A DNA stretch of 64,000 bases from positions 372,246 to 436,245 of the forward strand of contig JBMOPW010000007.1 in assembly GCA_049322915.1 (NCBI GenBank). The letters are read 5' to 3'. How positions within the stretch are numbered: the stretch's first letter is position 1; each line of letters starts with the position of its first letter. Source of the DNA: Candidatus Zhuqueibacterota bacterium. GTDB taxonomy: Bacteria; Zhuqueibacterota; Zhuqueibacteria; Thermofontimicrobiales; Thermofontimicrobiaceae. Made by a program: the position numbers and the translations under genes. The notes under the pieces were generated by a model. That model made no database searches and was not told where the DNA came from. It saw only the letters and a list, made by a program, of their open reading frames with translations. Below, piece by piece: positions 49,792 to 58,556 of the stretch.

Positions 49792-49924
49792 GTTCAACAT
49801 CTGGCTTAAGTTGACCCGAAGTGCTCCTTTTGAAATCGAAGTTTCAGAGCGCCGCATTCGTTATTTTCTAGTGCGAAAGTTCTGTGCGCCGCAACCGTCG
49901 GGCAACTTAGCTTCGTTGTTGAAT
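49792..49924 (+). mobile_element. Integron attC-like recombination site (133 bp), no integrase in window
   Basis: R'' GTTCAAC, 5-nt spacer, GCTTAAGTTGACCCGA ... TCGGGCAACTTAGC, 6-nt spacer, R' GTTGAAT; two extrahelical bases. Confidence 0.75.
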
Positions 49925-49977
49925 ATTTCCCTTTTGTTGATAACCCTGATGCTTATGGAATTAATTTATAAAAAAGA

Positions 49978-50757
49978 ATGAATTTGTTCATGTCAGACAA
50001 TACCCAGAAAAAAATTGAAATTTCCAATCTCTCAGTCAGTTACGGTAAGGTATCGGCCCTGCGCAATATCTCATTCGATGTGCATCGCAACGAAATTCTG
50101 GGCATCATTGGGCCGGCAAAATCAGGGAAATCCACCCTGCTGCAAGCCATTAACCGAACCATCGACCTCATCCCTAATGCGAAGGTCGAAGGGACCATTC
50201 GCATCGACGGCGAGGACATTTCCAAAATAAAAAATGTTAATGCCCTGCGCCGGAAAATCGGCATGGTTTTTCCGCTGCCAGTGGGGCTACCGCTATCGAT
50301 TTACGACAACGTCGCGTTCGCCCCGAGGATGGCCGGCGTGCATCAGCGCGCGGCGCTGGATGAAATTGTCGAGCGCTGCCTGAAGCAAGCAGCCCTGTGG
50401 GATGAAGTGAAAGACCGATTGAAGAGCCTCGGCACCAAGCTCTCCGGCGGACAGCAGCAACGACTGACCATTGCGCGGGCATTGTCGCACAATCCGGAAA
50501 TTCTTTGCCTTGACGAATTCTCCATTGCGGTGGATCCGGTGACCACCATGCGCATCGAGGAGGTACTGAAGGATTTCAAATCGAAAATAACTATCATTCT
50601 GGTCACCAATCTGGTGCAGCAGGCGCGGCGCATCGCCGACCGCACCGCGTTTTTCCTGAACGGCGATCTGCTGGAAATCGACCGCACCGATGTGATTTTC
50701 TCCGATAATCCGGCGCACCGTCAGACGTACGAGTACGTCACCGGCATTTTTGGATAG
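49978..50757 (+). CDS. pstB: Phosphate ABC ATPase PstB1 (intact signature; degenerate Q-, D- and H-loops)
   Basis: GPAKSGKST, LSGGQQQRL, LCLDEFSIAVD, VTNL, terminal 'YVTGIFG'. Confidence 0.9.
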   Translation: MNLFMSDNTQKKIEISNLSVSYGKVSALRNISFDVHRNEILGIIGPAKSGKSTLLQAINRTIDLIPNAKVEGTIRIDGEDISKIKNVNALRRKIGMVFPLPVGLPLSIYDNVAFAPRMAGVHQRAALDEIVERCLKQAALWDEVKDRLKSLGTKLSGGQQQRLTIARALSHNPEILCLDEFSIAVDPVTTMRIEEVLKDFKSKITIILVTNLVQQARRIADRTAFFLNGDLLEIDRTDVIFSDNPAHRQTYEYVTGIFG

Positions 50758-50843
50758 GCCGAACCGACCTGATCCGGCGAAACGCAAATCCGTTGTGGAT
50801 TGACAAATCAATCAGTTATATCTCACAAAATCGAATTGACAAA

Positions 50844-51620
50844 ATGAACGAAGCACCCACATACAGCGTTGAAACGCACAATCTCAATCTCTGGTATGGG
50901 TCATTTCAGGCGCTGAATAACATCAACGTCAAAATCAAAGACCGACTCATCACCGGGCTCATCGGTCCCTCCGGCTGCGGCAAGACCACCCTGCTCCGCA
51001 CGTTCAACCGCATCAACGAACGCTATGGAAACGTCACCACAGTCGGCGAGATAAAAATTTTCAACAAGAATATTTATGACGAAGACGTTTCGCTGATCGA
51101 ACTGCGCAAAAGCGTGGGCATGGTCTTTCAGCGGCCAAATCCGCTGCCGATATCCATCTATGAAAATATCGTCTTTGGCATGCGCCTGCATTTCGGCGCC
51201 ACGACGCTGAAAAAATCCGAGTTGGACGCGTCCGTCGAACAGTCGCTGAAGGACGTTTTTCTCTGGGATGATTTGAAGGACAAGCTCAAAAAGCAGGCCA
51301 CCAGCCTGCAACTGGAGCAGCAGCAGAAATTGTGCATCGCTCGGTTGTTGCCTTTGAAACCGCGCGTCATTCTGATGGACGAACCCTGCTCCGCGCTTGA
51401 TGTGGAAGGCACCCGCGCCGTGGAAGACTTGATGCTCAGCCTGCAGGAAAAATTCACTATTATCATTGTCACGCACAACATGGCCCAGGCGCGCCGAGTG
51501 AGCGATGAATGTATTTTTATGCTCCTCGGCGAATTGATCGAACACAGCGATACCGACGATCTCTTCCTCAATCCCCGCAATCCCAAAACTGCCGATTACA
51601 TCGAGGGCCGCTACGGATGA
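50844..51620 (+). CDS. pstB: Phosphate ABC ATPase PstB2 (degenerate signature motif)
   Basis: GPSGCGKT, VFQRPNP, LQLEQQQK, LMDEPCSALD, VTHNM, 'YIEGRYG'. Confidence 0.92.
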   Translation: MNEAPTYSVETHNLNLWYGSFQALNNINVKIKDRLITGLIGPSGCGKTTLLRTFNRINERYGNVTTVGEIKIFNKNIYDEDVSLIELRKSVGMVFQRPNPLPISIYENIVFGMRLHFGATTLKKSELDASVEQSLKDVFLWDDLKDKLKKQATSLQLEQQQKLCIARLLPLKPRVILMDEPCSALDVEGTRAVEDLMLSLQEKFTIIIVTHNMAQARRVSDECIFMLLGELIEHSDTDDLFLNPRNPKTADYIEGRYG

Positions 51621-51972
51621 TCCAGGCTGAATCCACTCAGCGTTTCTTCGCTGCTCTGCGACCTCCCGAAAAAGTCCGTCCTCGTTCCAGATAATCCGCA
51701 GTACATCCTCGAATCAAATGACCGTCCTGCCGATTCCCGGCATTCTGTCCACAATGCATTGAATTCTAAAAATTAACCGGCAGTTACCGTATTTGATGAG
51801 TCTTCGAATAGCGCAATGGATGATGCGGGTACGGGTATGAAAGGCGAGTTTCCAACGCGGAGCCAGGGCGGTAAGTGCGTCCCGTTTTGACTGTGGCAAA
51901 GATAAATCGGATCCCTTCAGCCAGAGGCAGTCCGCTCAGTCAGCGTCGAATGGCTGCATCACAGCGGCTGCG

Positions 51973-53463
51973 TCAGTTCTGCTCGTCCATTTGGTAGGCG
52001 ATGGATTTTCGATCCGGGCCGGTCGTTCGCCGGAAATAATTCCATTTGGGAAAATTGAAGTCCGAGGTGATGGATTTAGGCAGCAACAGCACCGCTTTTA
52101 AAAATGATTCCAGGTCAGGCACGTTGTAAATATTGACGCTGAAACCCCAAAAGTCCATCTGGTCGAGGATGTCCGGCAGATCCGGCGTATTCCAACTCAG
52201 GGAAAATCGGTTGACGCCCCGGGATTTTAAAAGCAGCAGATATTCGTGGGCTTCCTCCGGTGCCTGTCGCATCTGAAAAATCAAATTGTCAATAGGGCAT
52301 TGAATGATGGCCAGTGGATGGGTTTTCATCAACTTTTGGAAACCGGACTCAATGATGACATCGGTGCGGCCGTTGAACCACAGATAGTAATCATTAATCT
52401 TGTATTGCTCCACGAGCGCCAGCAGACGATCCAGCACGTCCCCGCCTTCCTTGATGTCCAGCTTGATGGATTTGTTGGCACTCAGTATCTGTTCGAACAT
52501 GTCGCTCAGAAGCAGGAGTTTCTCGTTCGGTTTTTGGGGCGAGGATTCGAACGATTCGCTGCGCAGAACAAGCGCACCCGTGGCCGGGTCGGTGCGGACA
52601 TCGACCTCAGCCCATTCCACATTGGAATCCAGAAAACTGCGCAGATTGGATTCATCGTTCACCCTGTGCCAGACAAACTGGACATTGCGGGGCAGGGAGC
52701 GCTCCCGAACCAGATCGACGATGTCGTATTGCTTGCCGCTCATCGAATTGGTGGGAAGGCTCTGTCGCTGCGACTCAAAGATCGTGTCCGCGTGGAGAAG
52801 CAGTATCTCTTTATTGGTTCTGTTTTGGGCAATGACCTCCAGATTCGACGGTTCATTATCGATGAACGCCACGATCCTGAAACCGATGCGCTGAAAGTGA
52901 AAAATGCCGGCGTCTTTGGATTCCGGGATGCCTTTTTCCGGGTCGGAATTCAGATAAATCAATTCATCTCTGAACGATACCTTGTATTGCCGGCCAAGTT
53001 TGTTCAATGAAAGCAGCGTATCCTCCCGCAGCGTTTCCGGGCGGCCGCTGTTCAATCCGACGTAGGTATTGGGCTGCATCTGAAACCAGCGGATCACTTC
53101 CATGACGCCGGAAAATGGCCGATGCGATTCATAAATGGCCAGTGACGACCAGCGCTGTTTTATGTACCAGCTCAGAATTTTCTTCTCTTCCGCTTCGGGA
53201 AGGGATAGCCTTGCCAGAAAGCTGTCCAATTGATTTTCATGAAACGTAATATGAGCTATTTTCAATTGACTGAAATATTTGGTGTTGTGAACCTGATCGT
53301 ATAGCTGAAGCACGTAATGAATCATGTAGCGCATGTCAATGATGGTGCCGTCAATATCAAAAAGGAGCAGGAGCCGGTCATTCGGATAGCGGTTCCGCAT
53401 CTTCTCGTAGTGGCAGGCTAATTGTTTCATCCAATTCTTCATTGTAATTTCCTGAGATGTCAT
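51973..53463 (-). CDS. HAD-family hydrolase fused to a FAM151/DUF2181 (GDPD-like TIM barrel) domain
   Basis: 'LLLFDIDGT', 'NSGR', 'FIDNE'; C-terminal 'VWHRVN...NVEWAEVDVR', 'IKLDIK', 'LWFNG'; start 53442 or 53463. Confidence 0.7.
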   Translation of the reverse strand: MTSQEITMKNWMKQLACHYEKMRNRYPNDRLLLLFDIDGTIIDMRYMIHYVLQLYDQVHNTKYFSQLKIAHITFHENQLDSFLARLSLPEAEEKKILSWYIKQRWSSLAIYESHRPFSGVMEVIRWFQMQPNTYVGLNSGRPETLREDTLLSLNKLGRQYKVSFRDELIYLNSDPEKGIPESKDAGIFHFQRIGFRIVAFIDNEPSNLEVIAQNRTNKEILLLHADTIFESQRQSLPTNSMSGKQYDIVDLVRERSLPRNVQFVWHRVNDESNLRSFLDSNVEWAEVDVRTDPATGALVLRSESFESSPQKPNEKLLLLSDMFEQILSANKSIKLDIKEGGDVLDRLLALVEQYKINDYYLWFNGRTDVIIESGFQKLMKTHPLAIIQCPIDNLIFQMRQAPEEAHEYLLLLKSRGVNRFSLSWNTPDLPDILDQMDFWGFSVNIYNVPDLESFLKAVLLLPKSITSDFNFPKWNYFRRTTGPDRKSIAYQMDEQN

Positions 53464-53698
53464 GTTTTTAAGGGGCGTTTCGCTCGCCCGAAATTTCAAC
53501 CGGGCGAGCTAATTTTAAACTATTCTGGTTTGTATTCTTGCCTCAACGTCCTCAAGTCACGAAGTAACATGAAGATGTCAATTTCATTTTTAAAACCAAA
53601 TTCAGCTTTTCAGAATCGATCATTTTGGCAATTTCTTTTTCTTCGCGCCGTTGAGACGGAATAGTGACGCCACTTTTTCCCTTCATAATTGTAAATAT

Positions 53699-53720
53699 TG
53701 AATGTTAACGATATGTTAAT
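53699..53720 (-). promoter_or_regulatory. Pho-box-like repeat upstream of the HAD-FAM151 gene
   Basis: Minus strand ATTAACATATC/GTTAACATTCA. Confidence 0.6.
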
Positions 53721-53951
53721 GTCAGTTGAAATTTTGATTACGAATTCATCTGGTATTTTACACCGGGAACTTTTACTGAGGCAATTCATAAAATTGTCAT
53801 TTCGATGGGCACTCAACATCGTTGAATGGGATGCTGGCTGTCGGCTGAGACGCATTCTCGCCTGTGTCGCAAGAGCGTCATGGCCTGTGGCAGGCAGAGT
53901 GAGGTTGGAACTCAATTTTCAGTAATAATGAAATGGCACAAAGGAGATGTC

Positions 53952-54365
53952 TTGAAAAATAATGAATTATTCCACGGATTCTGGATGAAAAAAAATCTGG
54001 CATTGTTTGGATTGTCGAGGGATGAAAATTCCGTCAGCCGGCAGATTCATCGCTTGCTGGTCAATCATCACTATGCGGTCTACCCGATCAATCCCAATGC
54101 CGATACCATCGATTCCATCCGCTGCTATCCTCATGTGGATGCGATCCCGGTTGCGCTGGATGGGGCGATTGTCATCACCAATCCCAAAATCTCCCTGCGC
54201 GTGGTGGATGACCTTTTCCGCAAGGGGATAAAGGACGTTTGGTTTCAACCGGACACGATGGATGACGCGGTGCGGGAATTGCTGGAAACCAATGAAATGA
54301 ACTACGTGTATCACTGCGCCCTGGTGTATCACCGGGAGGTCGGCTTCCCACAGCACTCAGACTGA
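53952..54365 (+). CDS. CoA-binding domain protein (CoA_binding_2)
   Basis: AAGGAG RBS before TTG 53952; 'ALFGLSRD', 'VYPINP', 'VWFQP', 'HCAL'. Confidence 0.8.
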   Translation: MKNNELFHGFWMKKNLALFGLSRDENSVSRQIHRLLVNHHYAVYPINPNADTIDSIRCYPHVDAIPVALDGAIVITNPKISLRVVDDLFRKGIKDVWFQPDTMDDAVRELLETNEMNYVYHCALVYHREVGFPQHSD

Positions 54366-54407
54366 AGTTGCGCCGGACTTTGTCCGTCACCTGGGTGAAT
54401 CGCATGC

Positions 54408-56618
54408 TCAAAATTTATAGCCAATATTGAAATAGGTCATGAAGTTGTAATCTTCGCTGCCCATCACCGTGAATTCCAGAGGCCCGATGGGCGTGGCCAC
54501 TCCGAACGATGCGCCTATTCCGGAGATGAACCGATTTCTATCGAACAGGTCGCTTCGGATATTGGTGCTGTTACCGATATTGGCGTGTAACTGGAGAAAT
54601 CGCCGCGGCTGCATTTCGTACTGCAAGCCGAGGTAGAGCGCCTGCATGTGCTTTGCCAGGCGTTCCCGATATTTGTACCCCACAAAGGAATCCGCGCCGC
54701 CGATGAAAAACGTGTAGGAAATCGGCAGGTCGCTGGCGATGGTCGTTCCCAATTGGATGCGCGTCATCACCGCCCACCGGGAATCGAGCGGGTATCGGCC
54801 CTGCCAGTCAAACAGGTAATGGGTGAAATTGAGATCGCTGCCGATTCGTTTGCTGGCAAACGTGGCGGACATTTTCAACGAATGGCCTTTGTCCGGAAAG
54901 ACGGCGCGATTGAAAGTATCCAGCCACATGCGGCCGAACACCGACATGTATTTTTCATCCCGCACCTGATAATATTCCGGCCCGATGCGCGGTCGTATCC
55001 GGGCAAATTCCGCGCGAACCCCCATTCCGCTCATGACCGTCGTTGAGAAAATAGAACCCAGAAACAATTCCCCGGTAGTCTGCTTGACGCTCAATCGGGC
55101 AATGCGCTGTTTTTGCTGGAAAATATCAATGGATTCATCGAGATAATTGACATTGGCCTGAAAGCCGGATGTGCGCAGCAACCCGGTGTGCAGGAAATAG
55201 AAAACATCGATCTGGGACCGCTGTCCCAGCGTCAAATCCAGAGCCAGCAATGAACCATGTTCCGCCAGATTCCTGAAAGTGGTGTTCATGGTCAGCGATG
55301 ATTTGGTGGTGCTTTCGTATCTCAATCCGAAGCGGAACACGTCGGCTGTTTTTTCAAAGACGCGGATGATCAAATCGATCCCATTCTGAAGGGGGATCAA
55401 TTTGTACGTGACGCGCTCGAAGAATTGCGTGCTGTACAGTCGGGAGATGGCCTCGTCCAATTCGGCAGATGAAATCCACGAGTTCTTTTTGAAATTCAAT
55501 TCCGCCAGAACCAACCGTTGCGACACGTCGTGCAAGCCTTCAATGGTAAAATCGTGAATATAGAACGAATCAATTTTCGCCGGAATGAATCCGGGTTCGT
55601 ACTTGGCAATCTGAAATGAATCGACCAGCGCGTAGATCTGCGGCAGAACATCCAACGCGGCTTCTTCGCCCCGTTGAATAATCTTTTGGACCTGAGTGAA
55701 ACTGAACATATCGAGCCCTTCCATATTGGGCTCGATCAAATAATTGCAGATCTCGCGCTGCTTCAGCCTGGATTTTGCTTCGACAAAACTCAATGATTGC
55801 GTGATGATATCGAGAAACGAATTCAGCTTATCCAGCGGGAGAAGTGTATAGCTGACATCCACGCCGATGACAATGTCGGCGCCCATATTTTTGACGTCCT
55901 CGGCCGGCAGGTTTCGAACCAGACCGCCGTCCACCAGTAGACGCTTGTCGATGAGGATGGGCGTGAACACTGTGGGAATGGCCATGCTGGCGCGAATGGC
56001 GTCGGGCAGGAACCCCTCATCCAGCACCACTGCCTCGCCTGTGCCAATGTCCGTTGCCACACAGGCGAAGGGAATTGGCAATTGGGAGAAGTCATTGATA
56101 TGATGCGCCGGCCACGCTAATTTGGATAGCATGTCGGTGATTTTCTGGCCGGCAATCAGGCCGGCCGGCAGCATCACCTTTTTTTCCCGAATGGACAGAA
56201 CGCCCAGATATTTGCCATCCCACAATTTTTCTTCCATGGAGAGAAAGCGCCGCGAGTGCTCATCCGTCAGCAGGTCGGGCCAGTAGGTGCTCAGCGCAAT
56301 CTTTTCAATTTCCCTGGCCTTGTAGCCCATGGCGTACAGCGCGCCGACAACGCTTCCCATGCTGGTGCCGGCGATGTAGTCGATGGGCATGTCGATTTCC
56401 TCCAGCACTTTGAGCACGCCAATGTGAGCGAATCCTTTGGCGCCGCCGCCGCTCAGCGCAAGACCGACTTTCGGGCGGTACGGCGTTTCCTGGCCGGATA
56501 CCGGTTTTGTGGAGAGTGCGAGCGCTATCAGGAGGAAAATCAATCCGCTGCGCAGGGATAGCCCCGGCCAATTATGGATGGTCGTCTCTCTAAAGATAAG
56601 TTTTATTGTGTGTTTCAT
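54408..56618 (-). CDS. Patatin-like phospholipase with POTRA and Omp85 barrel (PlpD/type Vd-like)
   Basis: LSGGGAKG, GTSMG, LVDGG; POTRA; terminal 'YFNIGYKF'; start uncertain. Confidence 0.9.
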   Translation of the reverse strand: MKHTIKLIFRETTIHNWPGLSLRSGLIFLLIALALSTKPVSGQETPYRPKVGLALSGGGAKGFAHIGVLKVLEEIDMPIDYIAGTSMGSVVGALYAMGYKAREIEKIALSTYWPDLLTDEHSRRFLSMEEKLWDGKYLGVLSIREKKVMLPAGLIAGQKITDMLSKLAWPAHHINDFSQLPIPFACVATDIGTGEAVVLDEGFLPDAIRASMAIPTVFTPILIDKRLLVDGGLVRNLPAEDVKNMGADIVIGVDVSYTLLPLDKLNSFLDIITQSLSFVEAKSRLKQREICNYLIEPNMEGLDMFSFTQVQKIIQRGEEAALDVLPQIYALVDSFQIAKYEPGFIPAKIDSFYIHDFTIEGLHDVSQRLVLAELNFKKNSWISSAELDEAISRLYSTQFFERVTYKLIPLQNGIDLIIRVFEKTADVFRFGLRYESTTKSSLTMNTTFRNLAEHGSLLALDLTLGQRSQIDVFYFLHTGLLRTSGFQANVNYLDESIDIFQQKQRIARLSVKQTTGELFLGSIFSTTVMSGMGVRAEFARIRPRIGPEYYQVRDEKYMSVFGRMWLDTFNRAVFPDKGHSLKMSATFASKRIGSDLNFTHYLFDWQGRYPLDSRWAVMTRIQLGTTIASDLPISYTFFIGGADSFVGYKYRERLAKHMQALYLGLQYEMQPRRFLQLHANIGNSTNIRSDLFDRNRFISGIGASFGVATPIGPLEFTVMGSEDYNFMTYFNIGYKF

Positions 56619-56725
56619 TTCCAAGCCGTTCTGTCGAGTTATACAAAGCAGTTCAGTGTCAATGCGCTCCTCTGTGTTGTTCTGAAAATCCGAAGCGCAG
56701 GGATGGCAGATCGCAGCCGGGAGTT

Positions 56726-58297
56726 TCACTCCACTTCAAAGATATGGGCGGCCTGATGCGTGACGCCGTATTGATCAACTGTCCGAACCACAATGTGATG
56801 AGGCCCCGGCGCCAGGTCGGTCGGCAGAGCGACGCTCCAGATATGGGTGGAGTAGCCGGCGTCCAGCCAGTAAGGCATAGATGCCTTTTGCTGCTGATAA
56901 CTTTGGTGTATGAATGGATCGATCCGAATGACCCGCTGCATCGGCTGCGCTGGCTGGTCGTCAATTGAACATGTGGCAGTTGATTTTTCGCTGCCGTCAA
57001 ATATATTGACGATGATCTGAGTGGTATCCAGCGCGCTTTTCGCTATAATTCCAAGTGGCGAGGCAAAGCGCATTTGATAATCTGCGCCGCGCGACGCCGC
57101 CTTGAAATACTGCGTGTATTGATTCGCGGCAAATCGAATCACGTGGTAGCCGTTGGGCGTGCCATCGCTCTGATCGGTGACCGGAATGCCGCGCTCGTCT
57201 TTCTGTCCGCTCCACCACGCGCCGGCAGCCGCAGAACAGATGATTTCGTGGATGGGTTTTTCCCCATGCCAGCCCAGCGTTTCGCCCAGAAAGTGATGTT
57301 CCAGCGTGTGCATGTGACCGGCCAGGGCCAGGATATTTTTCCGGCCGGCCAGAATGTCGAACAGCGCCTCGCGGTTGGTGACATTGATGCCCGGCTCTGT
57401 GCCCTGTCCGCTAAAAATTGGTATGTGCTTGGTGAGCACAATGAGCTTGTCAGACGGAACGAATCGCAGGTCGTTTTCAAGCCAGGTCAATTGCTTTTCC
57501 ACAATGCGCCCCTGATAACGCGGTTGGCCGCTTTCATTCTTGCCGAGATATTCCACGTCATCCAGGACGATGAAATGCACCTGACCGTAATCGAACGAAT
57601 AGTAGTTAGGCCCGAAGTGGCGCTTGAATGTCTCCATCGAATACTCGTCCGATGCGGCGTCGTAATTTTCATCGTGATTGCCGGGAACGTTGTAGAGCGG
57701 AATGCCGAGTTGGGCCATCACGCGGTTGTAGCGCGGGTAATGAGAAAGATCGTCGTACATGATATCGCCCAGCGTGATGCCGCACAGGGCGTCGCTGCGG
57801 ATGAGTTCAGCGACCACATCGTCGCGGAGGTAACTGATTTCGTCATTGTCCCGCGTCTGCGGATCGGCGAAGGCCAATACGCTGAACGTATCCGGTTCCT
57901 GACTTTTGAACAATGGGAAGTTCACCTGTTTGGGCAGATTGCCGGTGGGCTGCACCCCGCCGAATTCCAGTTTCGGCGAGCCCTTTGGCTGGTGGATGTA
58001 ATAGAACTGCGGCAGATTCACCTCGTTCATCGGCGTCTGATAGCCTGCCGGCTTGGTGATAAAAATAACAGCGTCGCCGTCGAGCCGAATGGTGTACCGG
58101 CCATTCCCGTCGGTTTGCACCACATCGCGCTGATTGGAAACCAGCACCCCGGGAATGCCAATTTCGCCTTTGTCCAGCATGAGATTTTTATTGGCGTCCT
58201 CGAACACCGTGCCTTTTGCTGTTTGGGAGAAAGCATTGGGATTGAAAAAGAGTACCGCAGCCCCAAGTATTACGAGTACCGTCATTAGCTTCTTCAT
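56726..58297 (-). CDS. Exported calcineurin-like metallophosphoesterase (MetallophosN/C type)
   Basis: AGGAG RBS; signal peptide; ADPQ, LGDI, PGNHD, H, GHMH; 'DGTPNGY'. Confidence 0.9.
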   Translation of the reverse strand: MKKLMTVLVILGAAVLFFNPNAFSQTAKGTVFEDANKNLMLDKGEIGIPGVLVSNQRDVVQTDGNGRYTIRLDGDAVIFITKPAGYQTPMNEVNLPQFYYIHQPKGSPKLEFGGVQPTGNLPKQVNFPLFKSQEPDTFSVLAFADPQTRDNDEISYLRDDVVAELIRSDALCGITLGDIMYDDLSHYPRYNRVMAQLGIPLYNVPGNHDENYDAASDEYSMETFKRHFGPNYYSFDYGQVHFIVLDDVEYLGKNESGQPRYQGRIVEKQLTWLENDLRFVPSDKLIVLTKHIPIFSGQGTEPGINVTNREALFDILAGRKNILALAGHMHTLEHHFLGETLGWHGEKPIHEIICSAAAGAWWSGQKDERGIPVTDQSDGTPNGYHVIRFAANQYTQYFKAASRGADYQMRFASPLGIIAKSALDTTQIIVNIFDGSEKSTATCSIDDQPAQPMQRVIRIDPFIHQSYQQQKASMPYWLDAGYSTHIWSVALPTDLAPGPHHIVVRTVDQYGVTHQAAHIFEVE

Positions 58298-58556
58298 GGT
58301 ATATCTCCTGGTTATAAAATTAGAATTAATTTCGTTCATCAAAAACTTTTGAATTTAAGAATTATTGAATTGCATTGCAAGCGAATATTTGAATAATTTT
58401 TAAGGCGTAGATACCGGACAAGTAATTCCGATGCGCCTCAAATCCTTTGGGATTGCAGGATCAATCTTTCTTCGGCATGGGGAAAATCCGATCGATGGGA
58501 GTGGGTATTCGGCGGAATGGCGGATTCGATGGTCGTATCGCCGGCCAGGGCTGGCT

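Noticed and set aside
48522..49977. IS element or prophage as the source of the AT-rich insert
   Set aside because: No transposase, integrase, terminal inverted repeats or target-site duplication seen
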